Positions 34,656 through 48,388 of a DNA stretch of 64,000 nt are shown here, piece by piece. A program made the position numbers and the translations under genes. Source of the stretch: Rhizodiscina lignyota (lineage: Eukaryota). The DNA is taken from the NCBI GenBank assembly GCA_010015805.1, contig ML978125.1, positions 186,001-250,000 on the forward strand, written 5' to 3'. Every line of letters starts with the position of its first letter. Position 1 is the stretch's first letter. A model generated the notes under the pieces. The model did not search any database and had not been told where the DNA came from. It saw only the letters and a list, made by a program, of their open reading frames with translations.

Positions 34656-37208
34656 CTATCTCTTCTCAGTCAATTGCCTCCCCCCATCACCCTCTCCATC
34701 CTCCCCATCCCTATATCCCAGACCGGCCGCCTCATCCCTAAGCATCCGGTCCCTTTCGCTGTCCTCCTCGTCCTCATCACCCGAGAAGAAATCCTCATCA
34801 CTCTCACCCGCAAAGGCATCGTACAATTCACCTGCCCGTCTCGGGCCTCCCCTCCGACCTCTCTTCGCTCTCACTTCGCCCTCGCCGCCATCGAGGTCGC
34901 GGTCATCCAGCATCTCGAACTCGTACGCGTCTCTTGGCTCTCGCGCTAATCGTCGCCGTCTCGCGAGATATAGGTAGGCGGCGAGACTGATACAGAAAAG
35001 CAGGATTAGCCCGATTGCGGCGTAGATCCATATCTGCGTGCGCTTGGAGACACCGAAGGTGGGAAATATTGAGGGGAGGAACGAGTCGTCGGGTTGTGCT
35101 GTGGGTGTAGGTGTTGTGCTCTCTGCGGGTGCGGTGATTGATGGCTGAGGAGATGTAGTTGGTGTTGCTGCGGCATCTGTGGTACTTGCCGAGGATGGGC
35201 GGCCAGGGTGAGATGGTCGGTTGGGTTTGTCCGAAGGGTTATCTGAAACACTCGTCTGCGTTGGGACCTCGATGCTGGTGGTGGTGACGTGATGTGGGGC
35301 ATCAACATCGTGGTCGTCGTCTTCATGCCCGTCTGGCATTGGCAGTAGTTCCTGCTTAGCCGCGTCGATAGATTCACCCCACAAGCGTAGTTTCCAGTCG
35401 GTGAAGACACCGGAATGCTCGTTCACGACGGTGTCCTTGACGATGACGGTCCAGTTGCCAATGCCAGACTCGCCCCAATGCGCGACGGACATGAAAGTCC
35501 AGTCGTCATAACCACCGGTGAATTTGTCTTGCGGGCGGGTGACTGAGAGGTGGCTCACCATACCAGATGGCGAGCGTAGCTCAACGCTGAGGTCACCACG
35601 TAGTGTGTGCTGAACGTTCATGGTAACGGTGACATGCTCAAGACGCTCGAGATTTGCATTCTTAAGCATGTCCTCTGTAACAGTGAATATACTGACGAGG
35701 CCCTGGTTACCCTGGGGAATATCCCGACGCACGTGCAGCCAGGGAGAGTAGAACCATGCTTGAGGCTTCACCGGCTCCCAGGTCTTGGCATTTTCCACAA
35801 TTCTGTACGCGTCTAGCTTGCCGTAGCCAAACATGTGACTATACTTTCTGCCAAGAGCACCAGTCTGCCAGTTTCCTTCCTCGGCAGTCGGAGGAACTGA
35901 AGACATGGCGGTGAGCCATTGGATGTCGCGCCAGCCAAGCCTAGGATTAACTTCCAAGAGGAGTGCATACACGCCAGAAGCAAGAGGTCCAGCGGCTGAT
36001 GTGCCTCCGTGAGTATCGGTGCAGGTATTGATACCGACATCTGTGGTGGTAATGGCACTGGTCGCACTGCCGCTGCTATATGTCACAACCATAAGAGCGG
36101 AGCACTGCTCAGAGTACCACGGATGATGGTCATTACGGTCGATAGCACCGACGGTGACGCTGTAGATACTGTTGGTGTAGCCATCAAAGTTGCAATTGTC
36201 GCCGTGCGGCGCTCCGTTGCCAGCAGCAAAGACATAAATCGTGCCTTTACCTTGTCTGCCCTTCTGCACAGCACTGATCATGGCCTTTCTGATGAGGACG
36301 CCTGGCGCTTCCATGGTCTTTCCATCATCCGGCGGGCCCCAAGAGCAGGAATAGATGTCGTTCTCTTCATAGCCGTAATTGACAGCCTCCGCTTCGTCAA
36401 TATCGTTGATTGGCGCGGAGAGGATGCGGACGCCTGAAATACCAGCATCCCAAGCTACACCCACCCCGCACACATCATTTTTCATCGCAGCAACTTCTCC
36501 AGCACATCTTGTTCCGTGCCTATCGTCCGCCAATCTGGGCTTAGGCTGCGAAACCTTGTCATTGAAGTCCCAGGAGCCCTTGGCGAAGTAGTTGCCCTTC
36601 AAATCCTCGCTGTCCATGTCCAACCCATCATCTACGATGCATACGGTGGAGTTTTTCCCTGTTATGCCCTGCGTCCAAACATTGGTGATATTTAGGTCAT
36701 GTCCATATTGTTCTGTATTGAAAAGGTGCCACTGGTTCGTAAAGATTGGATCGACAATGCCGAGAGACTTCATGATCGACTGCTGCTCTTGCTGAGCTTC
36801 TGAGACAGGCGGACCCGGCCGACTCAGTCTCTTAGGGAATGCTTGAGTTGGTGGTGCTCGTTTGACCAGGCGTTTGCGCTGAACCTGTTTCTGGTTATAT
36901 AGCACGCCGTCAAGGACGTGTCGCTCCTCTACCACCTCTCGTTTCCGGCGCCGCAGTTTCAGCTCTGTTATCGCGCCCTCAATAATGTCATGATTGTGCT
37001 TGGGAGCGCTGAAGACATGGTGATCTTCCAAGCTCGCCAATTGTCCGTCATGCTGGAGGCCGAGATGCGCAGCTAGCTCTGCGGGTGAGGTGGATGGATC
37101 GAGGTGGAGGGCATAGTAGTCTCGCTTTTCGTAGTCTCGAGGTTTCGGGGTCCAGGCAGACACCGATGATACCGCCGCGGCAATGGCGAAAAGGGTAGAG
37201 ATGCGCAT
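34656..37208 (-). CDS. KEX2: Kexin, subtilisin-like proprotein convertase
   Basis: Signal peptide, catalytic IVDDGLD / HGTRCAGE / HGGTSAAGP, P-domain LEHVTVTMNV...RGDL, Ser/Thr-rich stalk, TM helix and an acidic tail with YEFEML. Confidence 0.97.
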   Translation of the reverse strand: MRISTLFAIAAAVSSVSAWTPKPRDYEKRDYYALHLDPSTSPAELAAHLGLQHDGQLASLEDHHVFSAPKHNHDIIEGAITELKLRRRKREVVEERHVLDGVLYNQKQVQRKRLVKRAPPTQAFPKRLSRPGPPVSEAQQEQQSIMKSLGIVDPIFTNQWHLFNTEQYGHDLNITNVWTQGITGKNSTVCIVDDGLDMDSEDLKGNYFAKGSWDFNDKVSQPKPRLADDRHGTRCAGEVAAMKNDVCGVGVAWDAGISGVRILSAPINDIDEAEAVNYGYEENDIYSCSWGPPDDGKTMEAPGVLIRKAMISAVQKGRQGKGTIYVFAAGNGAPHGDNCNFDGYTNSIYSVTVGAIDRNDHHPWYSEQCSALMVVTYSSGSATSAITTTDVGINTCTDTHGGTSAAGPLASGVYALLLEVNPRLGWRDIQWLTAMSSVPPTAEEGNWQTGALGRKYSHMFGYGKLDAYRIVENAKTWEPVKPQAWFYSPWLHVRRDIPQGNQGLVSIFTVTEDMLKNANLERLEHVTVTMNVQHTLRGDLSVELRSPSGMVSHLSVTRPQDKFTGGYDDWTFMSVAHWGESGIGNWTVIVKDTVVNEHSGVFTDWKLRLWGESIDAAKQELLPMPDGHEDDDHDVDAPHHVTTTSIEVPTQTSVSDNPSDKPNRPSHPGRPSSASTTDAAATPTTSPQPSITAPAESTTPTPTAQPDDSFLPSIFPTFGVSKRTQIWIYAAIGLILLFCISLAAYLYLARRRRLAREPRDAYEFEMLDDRDLDGGEGEVRAKRGRRGGPRRAGELYDAFAGESDEDFFSGDEDEEDSERDRMLRDEAAGLGYRDGEDGEGDGGRQLTEKR

Positions 37209-38215
37209 GTCGGCGGGTTTGATGTAGAGTGAGCAAGCAACGTTGCGCGCTCAAAGAAAGGCGTAGTTAGGTCGCAGGGTCCGTCATCAGCTCTCAACGC
37301 CCAACAAGTCGAAATATGGCCGTGAAGATAAGTTTAATGATAGCGTCGCAGTTTTATTGCCGTCGTGTGCCTATTGACATTGTTGCCTGTGGAGTGTGCG
37401 AGGTCGACTAAGATGTCTGACAATAAAGAGGTGCTTAGCCTCAAAGGATACGTATAGAGACGAGTTGCAGTGCAGATCGGGGGCGAATAGGACTCAATCA
37501 GGCACACCTTTTCGTAAGCAGCAGCTCTGGGCGACACCGTCGTGACTATCCGCGGAAGGGACAGTAGAGATGAGGCTCAGGAGAATTGGGAGTGAATGTA
37601 GCAGCTGGAAACGCCGTCTCGACTTTCTGCGGCTTCTCCGCGTCTCAAGACGGCCCTGACAGCCACCGGGCAGCCGCCAAGGCCGGCGCGAGCAAAAGGC
37701 TTGACTGACCGGGGTGCATCCCTACCCAGCCTCCAGGTGCCTCTTCGCGAGCTCTGGTTGGCCCGGCCACCCAGAAAGAGCCCCTGTCTCTTGGAGCTCG
37801 GCCCGCATCGTGACTTGGAAGATCGTGAGAAAAGCCACAGCTGCCAACCGCAGGTCAAAGCTTGATGCGGACCAGCCATCCCAATATTGCTCCGCGAGCT
37901 TGAATTCGTGATTGCTTCTGCCCGCTATACAAATGCTCTCCTGGACTCTGCTCCTCCGCCCTTCCCAGCATCATCCCGTTAAACACGGCGACCAATTGCT
38001 GCCGCCGGGCAACGCAACTCCAATTCGTGTCTATAGTTAATTGGCACCTCCTGCGCTTCGCTTTACTATGTCATAGCCGCTTAATATGCGTTCGTAACCT
38101 TTCTATGTTCACTTCACTGTACAAGAATCTCACAACCGCGCAGCTTCCCGTTGACAAATAATTCCAACTCCACCCACCGGCGCATAGAACAACCTCGAGT
38201 TCACCTTCACAGGAC

Positions 38216-41200
38216 ATGGCAGCAGCGAACAGATACTCTGCCGATTGGGGACAATATCCTCCCGGGCCTGCAAATTACCCAAACAACAGGCAATCTATCG
38301 GCAGGTATCCTGACCGCTCTGCCTTTGAAGCCGAACACTCGCCAGTATCACCCACCCACAATGCCCCTCTGCAGGCTCGCGGCCCTGCTCCCGCTCAGTA
38401 CAAACCGAGTGGTTCAAATTCGCATCGTCGGAGAGGTTCTGCGGGATACAGTGCACCAGTAGCAGAGGGGCCAGATATTCCTCGAGGTCCACCTCAGGCA
38501 GTTTATAATGGCGCATATCCTGTGGCCCCACAGGGTGGGATGAGAAATGGACAATCATATTCTGCAAGATTGCATGCACAGCCAGGTTTGGAGGATCAAA
38601 TCTATCGGTCACAGACACGAAGACCTGACTATGATGACCCAGTCACGCCAACCTCACCACAAGACCGCGTCGCATTCTCGAAAGACTTGATTGGTGCCAA
38701 GATGCAGGACAAACGACGAGGTTCTGTACCCGATCGATCGCCGCTACAGAAATTGGAGGTTACGTTGGACGACATCAGCAAAGAGGAAAAGCGAGCGCGT
38801 GTCGCGGAAGCAGAGGCAGCGGCTCAGGATCGTTTGGCAAAAGACCCGAGATACAAAAGAAGGAGTAATGATGACTCGACGCGATATCATTCTGGACCAG
38901 TAGATGCACAAGGGCAACCTATAAGAGCTACGAGTGGCAAAAGGGTCTCTTCAGCGCCGTCAGGCCCGCCTTATGATGCCCAACAACAAATTCAACAACC
39001 TCGCGCTTACCCCACTGCACCAGTAAAGATAACTGCTCCGACGGGCCCAACTGCACCATGGCAGCAGGATAGTATGACGGACCCAAGAGCGGGGGTGGCT
39101 GGGCAGCCAGCTGCACCGAGACCCAGCGAACAGCGATATTATGCTAACAACAAAGCATTCCAACCTAACGCTGTGCCTGTGGCTGCAGCCAACATCCCGC
39201 AGTCACTTCCAAATGAGACATCTGGAACAGCTGTTGGACGCTCCAATAGCCGCAAGCTTCAGAAACAGCCACCCCCAGAGGTGCTTAGATCTGGCCCGAT
39301 TGCACCTGTTCCGGCAACCTCTGGCAAGGAACAATTACAGGCGGATCGAACTGGCGCAACAGCAGGTGCTCATGCTGCTAGAAAATACCAGGCCCCAGAT
39401 CCCATCCCTCGAAAGGCAGTGCCGAATCGGGAACCTGCAGCTGGTCCAAAATATGAAGTCCCTCCTCAGACTGCTGCCGGGCAGGTTGCCAAAAATCAGG
39501 TCGGATTTGGACAAGCACAGGCCGCGCCACCAACGGTGCAGGGACATCATCATGTTCCTGGCGTGTTTCACAGAGACCATGGCCAAGAGCGGCGGTACAC
39601 TCCCGCGGCGAGACCGTTAGATGAATGGAGATCTGCGCAGACCGCGACGCTCACTGTCGAAGATTTGGAATTGGACGAACCTGCACCCGGGACCAGGGAC
39701 ACGGCTTGGTGGGAAAAGAGCGACAAACAGAGGCGACGAAGCAGTGGCACTAAATCTGTTGCTTTCGACGGCAGTGTTGAAAGTGCTCCTGAGGAGGGTC
39801 GTCAGACATATTTCCATCCGCCACTCTACCTGAAATGTGGGCCATTGCTGCGGTATTGTGGTACTCGTCAGTCACAGTCCACGAGAGGCAACAACAGGGA
39901 GGTCTGGCGCGGAACCATCTTGATTGTCACGGATGATAGACAGTCCCAGACACAAATTGCACCAACACTACGACTGTTCGTACAGCCCCGAGACCTTCTC
40001 CCGCCTCCGCCTGTGGAGCTCGACATGGCTAGTGGACAGCAGCTTGCTCCAGAATATGTGGATCCCTTGGCTGGCCAAGTGCACATGTCTCGCATTGGCA
40101 AAACTCTTTACGTTCGCCCCGTCGAGCAATTGCATGAAGGCCTTGACCTTTCGCGCATCGAGAACGACACAGGACTCTTCGAGGAGAAACGCACTGCTCC
40201 GGATCACGTAGGTACAATTCTCGATGGTACTCAGGACAAGCCGGGGACACAAAGGACTAAAAAGCTGGACGGCGAGAAGACTGGCAAATACCGTGAGGTC
40301 AAAGCGATCCGCATTCACAATGAGCGCAATACCACATTCTGGCGCTTCAACATTGAAGTCGAACTCGGTCGTCACCAAGCTCGCATCGCTTACCGTATCA
40401 ACAAAGGCCCTGCGATAGGCTTTTGGGTCCCCGCAAGGGGTCAAACCATGAACATGATGTTCCACTCCTGCAACGGCTTCTCCCTCTCGGTTGAGCCTAA
40501 CAACTTCTGTGGGCCGGATCCAATGTGGCGCGATGTTCTGAACAATCATCAAACGAGGCCATTCCATGTCATGATCGGCGGCGGTGACCAAATCTACAAC
40601 GACGCTAGTACGAAGCAAACGACGCTTTTTCGAGAGTGGTGTGAGAGTCGCAATCCTAATTTCAAGCATAGCGCGCAGTTCAGCTTGGAGATGCAGGAAG
40701 AGTTGGAGAACTTCTACTGTCAGCGTTATGCCATGTGGTTCAGCCAGGGATTATTTGGTATGGCGAATGGGCAGATACCGATGGTAAACGTCTGGGATGA
40801 TCATGATATAATTGACGTGGGTTCCTCCTTCGATATTTCATGATATATTATTGCGGATGGGTGGTGCTAACTACTCTGTAGGGCTTTGGATCGTATCCAC
40901 ATCACTTTATGAGCAGCCCGGTCTTCACTGGTGTTGGGGCTGTCGCATTCAAATATTACATGCTTTTCCAGCATCACAGCATCTCCGACGAAACCGACAA
41001 AGAAGAACCATCCTGGCTCTTAGGCGCTGCGCCCGGGCCATACATCAATGAGCTGAGCAGAAACTTGTTCATGTTCATGGGCAGGCAGGTTGCATTCCTT
41101 GGTCTCGACTGCCGTACGGAGAGGATGAAAGACGAGGTGCTGAGTCAGGAGACGTATGATCTCATCTTCGAGAGGCTGAGACGAGATATTATCAAGGGCG

Positions 41201-42876
41201 ACACGAAGCATCTGATCGTCCTTCTTGGCGTTCCCATCGCGTATCCTCGTCTTAATTTCTTGGAGAACGTGCTCACTTCACGTGCGATGGATCCGATCAA
41301 AGCGCTCGGCCGTTTGGGAATGTTCGGCAATTTTCTGAATAAGTTCGACGGCGGCGTCGAGATTCTAGACGACCTTGATGACCACTGGACGGCAAAGCAT
41401 CATAAACACGAGCGTAACTGGTTCATCCAAGAATTACAGGAGCTTGCTGCAGAGAAGTCAGTCCGCATCACGATCCTGGGCGGCGATGTCCACCTTGCTG
41501 CTGTCGGCCAATTCTACAGCAATAAGAAGCTGCGTATCCCGAAAGACCAAGACCACAGATACATGCCCAACATTATCAGCTCGGCAATCGTCAATACACC
41601 ACCGCCAGAGCTCATGGGCGACATCCTTAACAAGCGCAATAAGATTCACCATATGGATCATGACACAGACGAGGACATGATCCCTCTATTCACCCACGAC
41701 GTTGACGGAAAACGGAGAAACAATCACCACCTTCTCCCCCGTCGAAATTGGTGTTCAATCCGCGAATACGCGCCAGGTTTTACACCACCCCCGACTCCGC
41801 CTCCTATGACCCCATCCGAGGCATCTGTCCCCCAGCGACGCAACAGCTTGACGCGCACTCTGTCCCTCGGCAGAAAAGACTTTGCCGATGGCATCCAACG
41901 CCGCCTTTCTCACAAAGGAACCACTGGCGACCGGCCTCCTCGCGCCTTCTTCAACACTGGCGGTGCGGCCAACAACAACAACCAACAGGCAAACCCCCGC
42001 AGAGCAAGCGACCCGGTCATCGCCCGCCCCACCGACAACGCAACATCATATTTCTCGGGCATCCCACCCGGCTCTGCAAACGATCCAACACCACGACCAA
42101 ACCCCTTCCACCGCGTGCCAACGGGTCTGTCCGAGAAAGCAGCCAGGAGAGGCGCACAGGTCGATCAAGACATCGACACGCATATCGACCTCCAGCACGG
42201 CCTCGATATCGTCCTCAATCTGGAGGTCAGTCAGCACGATCCTGCGGGCATAACCACTCCATACAGACTACTCGTGCCTGCGCTGGACTACGAGGGTGAG
42301 CCGGATGTCAATTCGATGGCCGGACCGCGCAAAGTCGGCTTGGGGCGCTGGCTCAGCACCAAGATCCGCGGCCGCAGAGCAAGCGATAGGGATGTGGGCT
42401 ACGATTCCGAGTTTACGAGTGAGGGCGAAATGACACCTGGCCCAAGGCCGCTCTCTGGACACCAAGGCCCAGGGGGCTACGCAGCCACGCCGCAGGGTCA
42501 AGGCCCGGTGCCCGGAACAACGAGGACTTACACCTACGGGCACGACGGTGTGCTAGATGCGCCTGGCGCTGCAGCAGTGAATGCTACTGCTCCACTGCCG
42601 CCGCAGGGCCCGAGAGCGATGGCAGCCCCCGTTGCTCCAACTCCGCCCAGCGGCGAGCCGAAGATCGGCGCTGATGGACGGCCGGTGAGGAACCGATACA
42701 GAGGAAATCTATACGCCGATGAGAACGATGAGGACGAGGGAAGCGACGATGGAGTCGCGAGGATGAGGCCTGCTGCTCCTCCTGGAAATGCAGCGGCGAT
42801 TGGATACGGCTACGGCGCAGCGGCAGGAGAGGCGGTTCCGCCGAAGAAGAAGCCGAATTGGAAGGTTTGGCGTTAA
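38216..42876 (+). CDS. PhoD-like metallophosphatase domain protein with a long disordered N-terminus (intron 40817-40881)
   Basis: MFHSCNGFS, HVMIGGGDQIYND, WDDHDIIDGFGSYP, DCRTER, LDDLDDHW and ILGGDVHLAA. Confidence 0.92.
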
Positions 42877-43251
42877 TGATGATGATGCTATTGTTCAATT
42901 CACTATGCCCGTTATTCAGCCTGCCTTGATCTGAGCGTTCAAAGCGACTGGCGGATATCCTTGACTCTTTGCGGATTCATTGCGTAACAATATTCTAGAA
43001 GCGATTAGCATGAGGTTCAGCGATGACCTGTTTTTTGTAATGACGATGACTTCTTCTCAACGATAAATTAATTTCACCTGTAGATGTCTTCAAGGAATTT
43101 GAAAGAAGCCCCGTCATAAGCCAAAACGTAAATAAAATGTTCGTGAATAGTTGGATCGTTAAATTTTACATGCAGCAAGCAAAGGCTGCTGGTATTCCTG
43201 GCAATATTCGACATATCCGAAATGAATGAGCGAACACGTTTGAGCGTTTCA

Positions 43252-45984
43252 TCACGCCGCAAACGCTTTCTGCGTCCCCACCTCCCGCTCAAACGCCTCC
43301 TTCCGCTGCGCGCTCCCAATCGCACTCTGCAGCGCACTCGTCAGATCCATATGGAACAGCGGGCGAGCGACGCTATGCACGACCGCCTGTCTCGCAGGCG
43401 GTATGGTGCCGTACGCGCGGCTCGTCGTGATCTGCTTCTCCAGCGACTCGCTGTCGCTCGAGCCGTCGGTCTGATGGCTTGTGATATTGTCCCCAACACT
43501 ATCCCCCTTGTGCGCCCCGGCTGCCTCGATGTCCGCGCGGCTGGGCTTGCGGTTTCTGTTGTCGCGCCACTCCGCGGCAGCGGCAGCGCTGTCGCTGCCT
43601 CCGATCTCTGCGACGCTGAAGATCGGCTTCCACCGTCTGAACTGGCCAGTTTCGTTGAGGTCGGGGGTCGGGTAGCCGAAGCCTGCGGCGACGAGCGCGC
43701 GCTTGGTCCAACGGTTGTTGATGCACGCGAAATGCCACTCGACGATCTCGGGTGAGGTGTAGCGGTCGAGCTGGTTGCGCACGTCGATGAGGTGCTGCAC
43801 GGAGGTCAGGTCGACGTTGTTGACGGACGAGAAGTCGAGGATGACGGCTTTCAGTGTGGGGCGAGGGTCGTTGGTGTCGACTTCTTTGCCTCGGCGAGGG
43901 CCCGGGTCGTTCCATGGGCGATCCTGTGGATATAAGTGAGCATGCTAAGTGGATCTTGTAGGAGGGGAGAACTTACGCCGAGCTTGCCGTAGGCATGAGG
44001 GTTCGTCCTGCGAGTTTGCTTGAATATCGTCGAGATCATGTCGTCGAGATAGTGGTTAGCATTCGGATAGTTGTACCCTTCGGAGAAGCGGTAGATGAAG
44101 ACGCCAGGATACGGCGCGGTGACTTCGATAGTAGGGTTCGAGCCATCATGGTGATCAATAGGCAAGAACATGTTCCTTGTCGATTTATCTGGGTCATCGC
44201 GCGACGGGCGCGATGGGGCAAAGGCGCCACTGTCTTTCGGTTCGTCCTTGTCTAGCAGATGATCCCCGATGACGGAGTGCACCTTGACTTTTCCAAGGAA
44301 GCGGCCACGTGCCTTGACGACGCGGAACAGTAGGAGTGCAGCGGACACGCAGATCGTAACGTAGATGCCATTCTCGATGCTGCTGAAGACGGTGACAATT
44401 ACACCGGCGAAGAAGATGGGCACCTCGAGAGGCGAGATCCTCCAGAACTTGTAGACCGTATTTGGTGGAGTGATCAGGTCTCCAACAGCGTGAATAATGA
44501 CGCCCGCAAGAGAGGCGCTGGGAATGTAGAAGAAGACAGCTGGGAGGGCGTAGATCGCAAGCAGTACCACGATTGCTGTGATTACACCTGCGAAAGGTGT
44601 GCGCACGCCAGCTTTCGACTTGATGGCCGTCCGGGAGAAGGAACCAGTGGCTGGGTACGCCCCAAGAAGTGGACCAAGAAGATTCGAGACGCCAATAGCA
44701 ACAAGCTCTTGAGAGGGATCGATCGTATAATTGTTCACTCGGCCAAAGGACTTCGAAATGGAAATGTGCTCAATGAGAAGGACAATGACGCTGGCGGGAA
44801 TTTCGTCTGCAAATGCTTTGATAATGCGGGTATTGATCACAGGTGCAGCAGCGTGTTGAAAGCCTGTATGAGATTCCCATTAGTACTCGTTGCAGTCTCT
44901 TGAACAGCTAGCACTCACCTCTTGGTACATGACCCAAAATCTTGAACAAAGGATCGCTGCGCCTGTGGCGGTTGACCAACCAGCCGACCAACGTGTAGAG
45001 CAGAATGACGAACACGGTCCGCAGAGTCGATGCGAAGAAAAAAGCCTTTCTCCTGCTGGGGAATCTGTTGCCCAAATATGAGCACCCAAAGCGAATTAAG
45101 TAGAGCAGGAAAAGAGCAGTAAGCCCCATTGCAGCGTCGGTGGTAGTCCTTCCGAGATGCTTCAAAATGTTGATGACGACCCGGTACGTGGGCGCACGCG
45201 TATCAAAGCCACTGATGCCCATCATTGTAGGCACCTGTCCAACTGCGATGTTAAGTGCAGATCCAGTCATGAAGGCCGAGATTGAGGTCAGAGAGATGAA
45301 CTCGACGATCCATCCAAGGCGAGCCAAACCCAAGAAGCAAACAATTGCTCCACAGATGATGGCCAAGGCAGAGGCAACGTGCCAACCTTCAACGTCTGGA
45401 AGAGTGGCTGCCGCTTTGAGGACGACATTACCAGTGACTGTGGACATCACGGCGACAGGCTGATTCACATTAGTGCACGTCTTTAATTTAGTTTGGGTGT
45501 TCGCTTACTCCTATAGTGATATCCTTTGAAGTTGCGAAGAACCAGTAGATGAGAACTCCCATGAAGGAGGAATAGAGACCAAATTCGACTGGCAGCTCCG
45601 CCAGCTTAGCATAAGCCATGCCCTGGGGGACAACAACAGCGCCAACAGTGATTCCTAGTTAATTTTTCAGAAGAAAGCTCGAATGGTTCGCGGAGCGAAA
45701 AACGTACCAGCAATAAGATCTCCAATGAGCCATTGGCTGTTGTATCGGGTGATCCATTTTGTAAAGGGAAGCAAATTTCTGAAGTAGTTGAAAACATCGG
45801 CACGAGTTGGGACAATCTCTTCAATCCATTCCACAGCGGTCGGCTCCTCTTCGACGTAAGTATCAGCACTTGAGACTGAGAATACAGACTCTCCCCGAGT
45901 TACAGGGTCTGGTCCAGCCTGGTCAAGCTTGATCCCGAGGACCTTGGCCAGGGCATGGCCCACCTTGGTCCCGGTAGAAGCCAT
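43252..45984 (-). CDS. sB: SulP-family sulfate permease with STAS domain (several introns)
   Basis: WLIGDLIAG, VVVPQGMAYA, FATSKDITIGPVAVMS, YPATGSFSRTAIKSKAGVRTP and STAS DFSSVNNVD; resembles A. nidulans sB and N. crassa cys-14. Confidence 0.9.
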
Positions 45985-47324
45985 AGCTTATCTTGAGTAA
46001 GCTGCTCAGGATCTCAGGAGCTTCACACAAGCAAGGGGTGAAACCACGATGCAGGGAGAAGGATGCCCGGTGGATCCGGGGACGTCAAGATATAGATACG
46101 ACAGCACACAGCTGGTACTCGCGTGATAGCGTGTGCGTCTGATCAACAGCGGGAAGGGGCGTCCTGATGGTGCAGAATTTCGCTTACGTTCATCGATCGT
46201 CCAATGGCAGAGATGGTTGGACTAGGAGTGGCTTCCCAAGGGCTAGAATGGGGTTATTGTTGGTATTTGTTTTGTGTGATCAGAGGGTTTGGCGTGGTGC
46301 AACAACGCCTCGAAATGGTGCAATTGGGAGCACGCCTTGGTGGAAAGTGCGCAACTTCTCTTCAGAGGGTAGTAGATCTGGCGAAATATATATTCGACGA
46401 CGAGGTAGGAGCAGTTCGACGGAGTGACATGCTGAAATGCAAATTATCACGAGTTTGGAAATAAGAGGAATGCGGGATCTTGAGGGCGAGAAAGATTAGT
46501 CGCGCCGTGTGGTTGTCCCATCTTCCCTGGCGCGAGCATCATAGCGGGTCATTATTGAGAGCGCGACATGCTTCCGGCCTGCAGAAAATGGAATAGAACA
46601 AGCAAAATTTACTGTAGGAGAGGGTGGCCAAGGCCACGGAGTGGGTAGAGTACGCGGTGCTATTTGCCCAATTCCAAACTTAGCCCGGCCGGACGATTGC
46701 GTGCTTTGTTGAAGAGATGATGTCGGATGCGGACAGGGGTTTGCAACTCTTCGAACATCACTGCACCAGCGGCAGGCCGGCTTCGCGTTCCTGGGACTCG
46801 CGCGACAGCAGAGCAAGGCCTCACGATTTATTGAGGTGCGGCTGTAGATACGTGCTACAGAGAAGCCGGAGAGTTGTACAGCTGAGCCTAGAGTATCATC
46901 AACATATTGTTGAGGTGCAGCGGAGAGCTATGGAGACAGGGTCACCGCGCAGCAGCATGGGGAGGGGGGTGCTGTGAGCACCGAAGCTTCGCTCCTCCCA
47001 CCAAGCTTTCCACGCGGTTCTGTTACACAGGCTGAGGTGATGGGAGTCCGAAGAGGGTCTTCCCGTGGGCGCGCTCGTCCTAACGATGTCATCTTCCTAT
47101 TTTGCACGCTGCCCTGAACGCAGCCGGTGGGGCTCACGCTAGTCTTTATGGAGAAACATCGGGCCCTCTAGAGTAGTGGACCCACAAAAGCGATTCGCGT
47201 GGCTGCAGGGATGACTCGCTTATGCAACTCGCGACACCGACGCGACTCTCGCCATCTTCCAGATCCACGCTGCATTGCGTAAACAATCCACCAAACAGCC
47301 GTGAACTCAATAACATAGCGCAGA

Positions 47325-48388
47325 ATGGCAACCTCCCGTATCGCTGCCATGCTTTCTGCTGGCCCTGAGGATGGAGATGTGGCTCGGCATCTTGAAGAGC
47401 TGCGTACCGCCGTCCTTGAGGACGGTATCCCAAGCAACCCCGATGGCATGGTGAGAGCCAGCCCCTGGTATACAACCAATATGCTGTTCTGCCTTACTGA
47501 ATCGCTGATATAGTCTGAATACCGCGTCTACGTTTGGCTTATCTTCTTAAACGCTCTGCCAATCTCGACCAACGACCACCTCGGCGTCGTCGATCTCAAG
47601 GCTTCCGCTGCCCACAACAAGATCGTCCAGGATCTCCATCGCACCTTCCAGGGCGATTCCAACTTCAAGGTCCGCGTCACGGCAAACAGCCTCTGCCGTG
47701 TCCTCAACGCCATGGCCTGGAAGATGATTGACCGGCACGAGAATGGCCTCAACTCCGCTGCAATCACTGGCGGGAACAGTGGCCAGAATCAGCACATCGG
47801 CTACAAGCAGGGCCTCAACATCCTGGCTGGCGTCCTCCTGTATGCTGGAAAGTCCGAGACCGAGGCCATTGCTTGCCTCGACAAGCTCCTCTACGCCGAG
47901 ATGCCGGGCTACTATCGCAACATCCACATGGCCGGTGCAAAGAAAGGCTGCAAGCTCGTCGACGAGATCCTCAGCATCGTCGACCCCGAGCTCTACAAGT
48001 ACTTGGAGCGCAAGCAGCTCATTGCAGAAGTCTACGCCTTCCGCGCTGTCATCACCCTGTCAGCTTGTGCGGAGCCCCTGCTTGAAGTGCTCAAGCTGTG
48101 GGACTTCCTTTTCGCCTACGGCGTGCACACCAACATCATCTGCATCGTCGCCCAGCTTGTCCTCGTGCGCGAGGATCTCCTCTCCACGAAGATGTGAGTC
48201 GCACATGTCCAGGCATCACACTGTGGTTTCGCTAATACAGTTTTAGGCCAAGCACGATAATCGGCCGCGACTGGCCGCGCCTGCACGCCGACAACGTCAA
48301 GGCGCTGACGATGCGTCTCGTAGGAAAGCTTCCGGAGGAACTCTATCTGCGTGTCCTCAACCACGCGCAAGTGGATCGAGTTTACTAA
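47325..48388 (+). CDS. BUB2: TBC-domain GAP, Bub2/Cdc16-like (two introns)
   Basis: SEYRVYVWLI, R-finger KIVQDLHRTF, Q-finger YKQGLNIL and EVLKLWDFLFAYGVHTNIICIVAQL. Confidence 0.8.
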
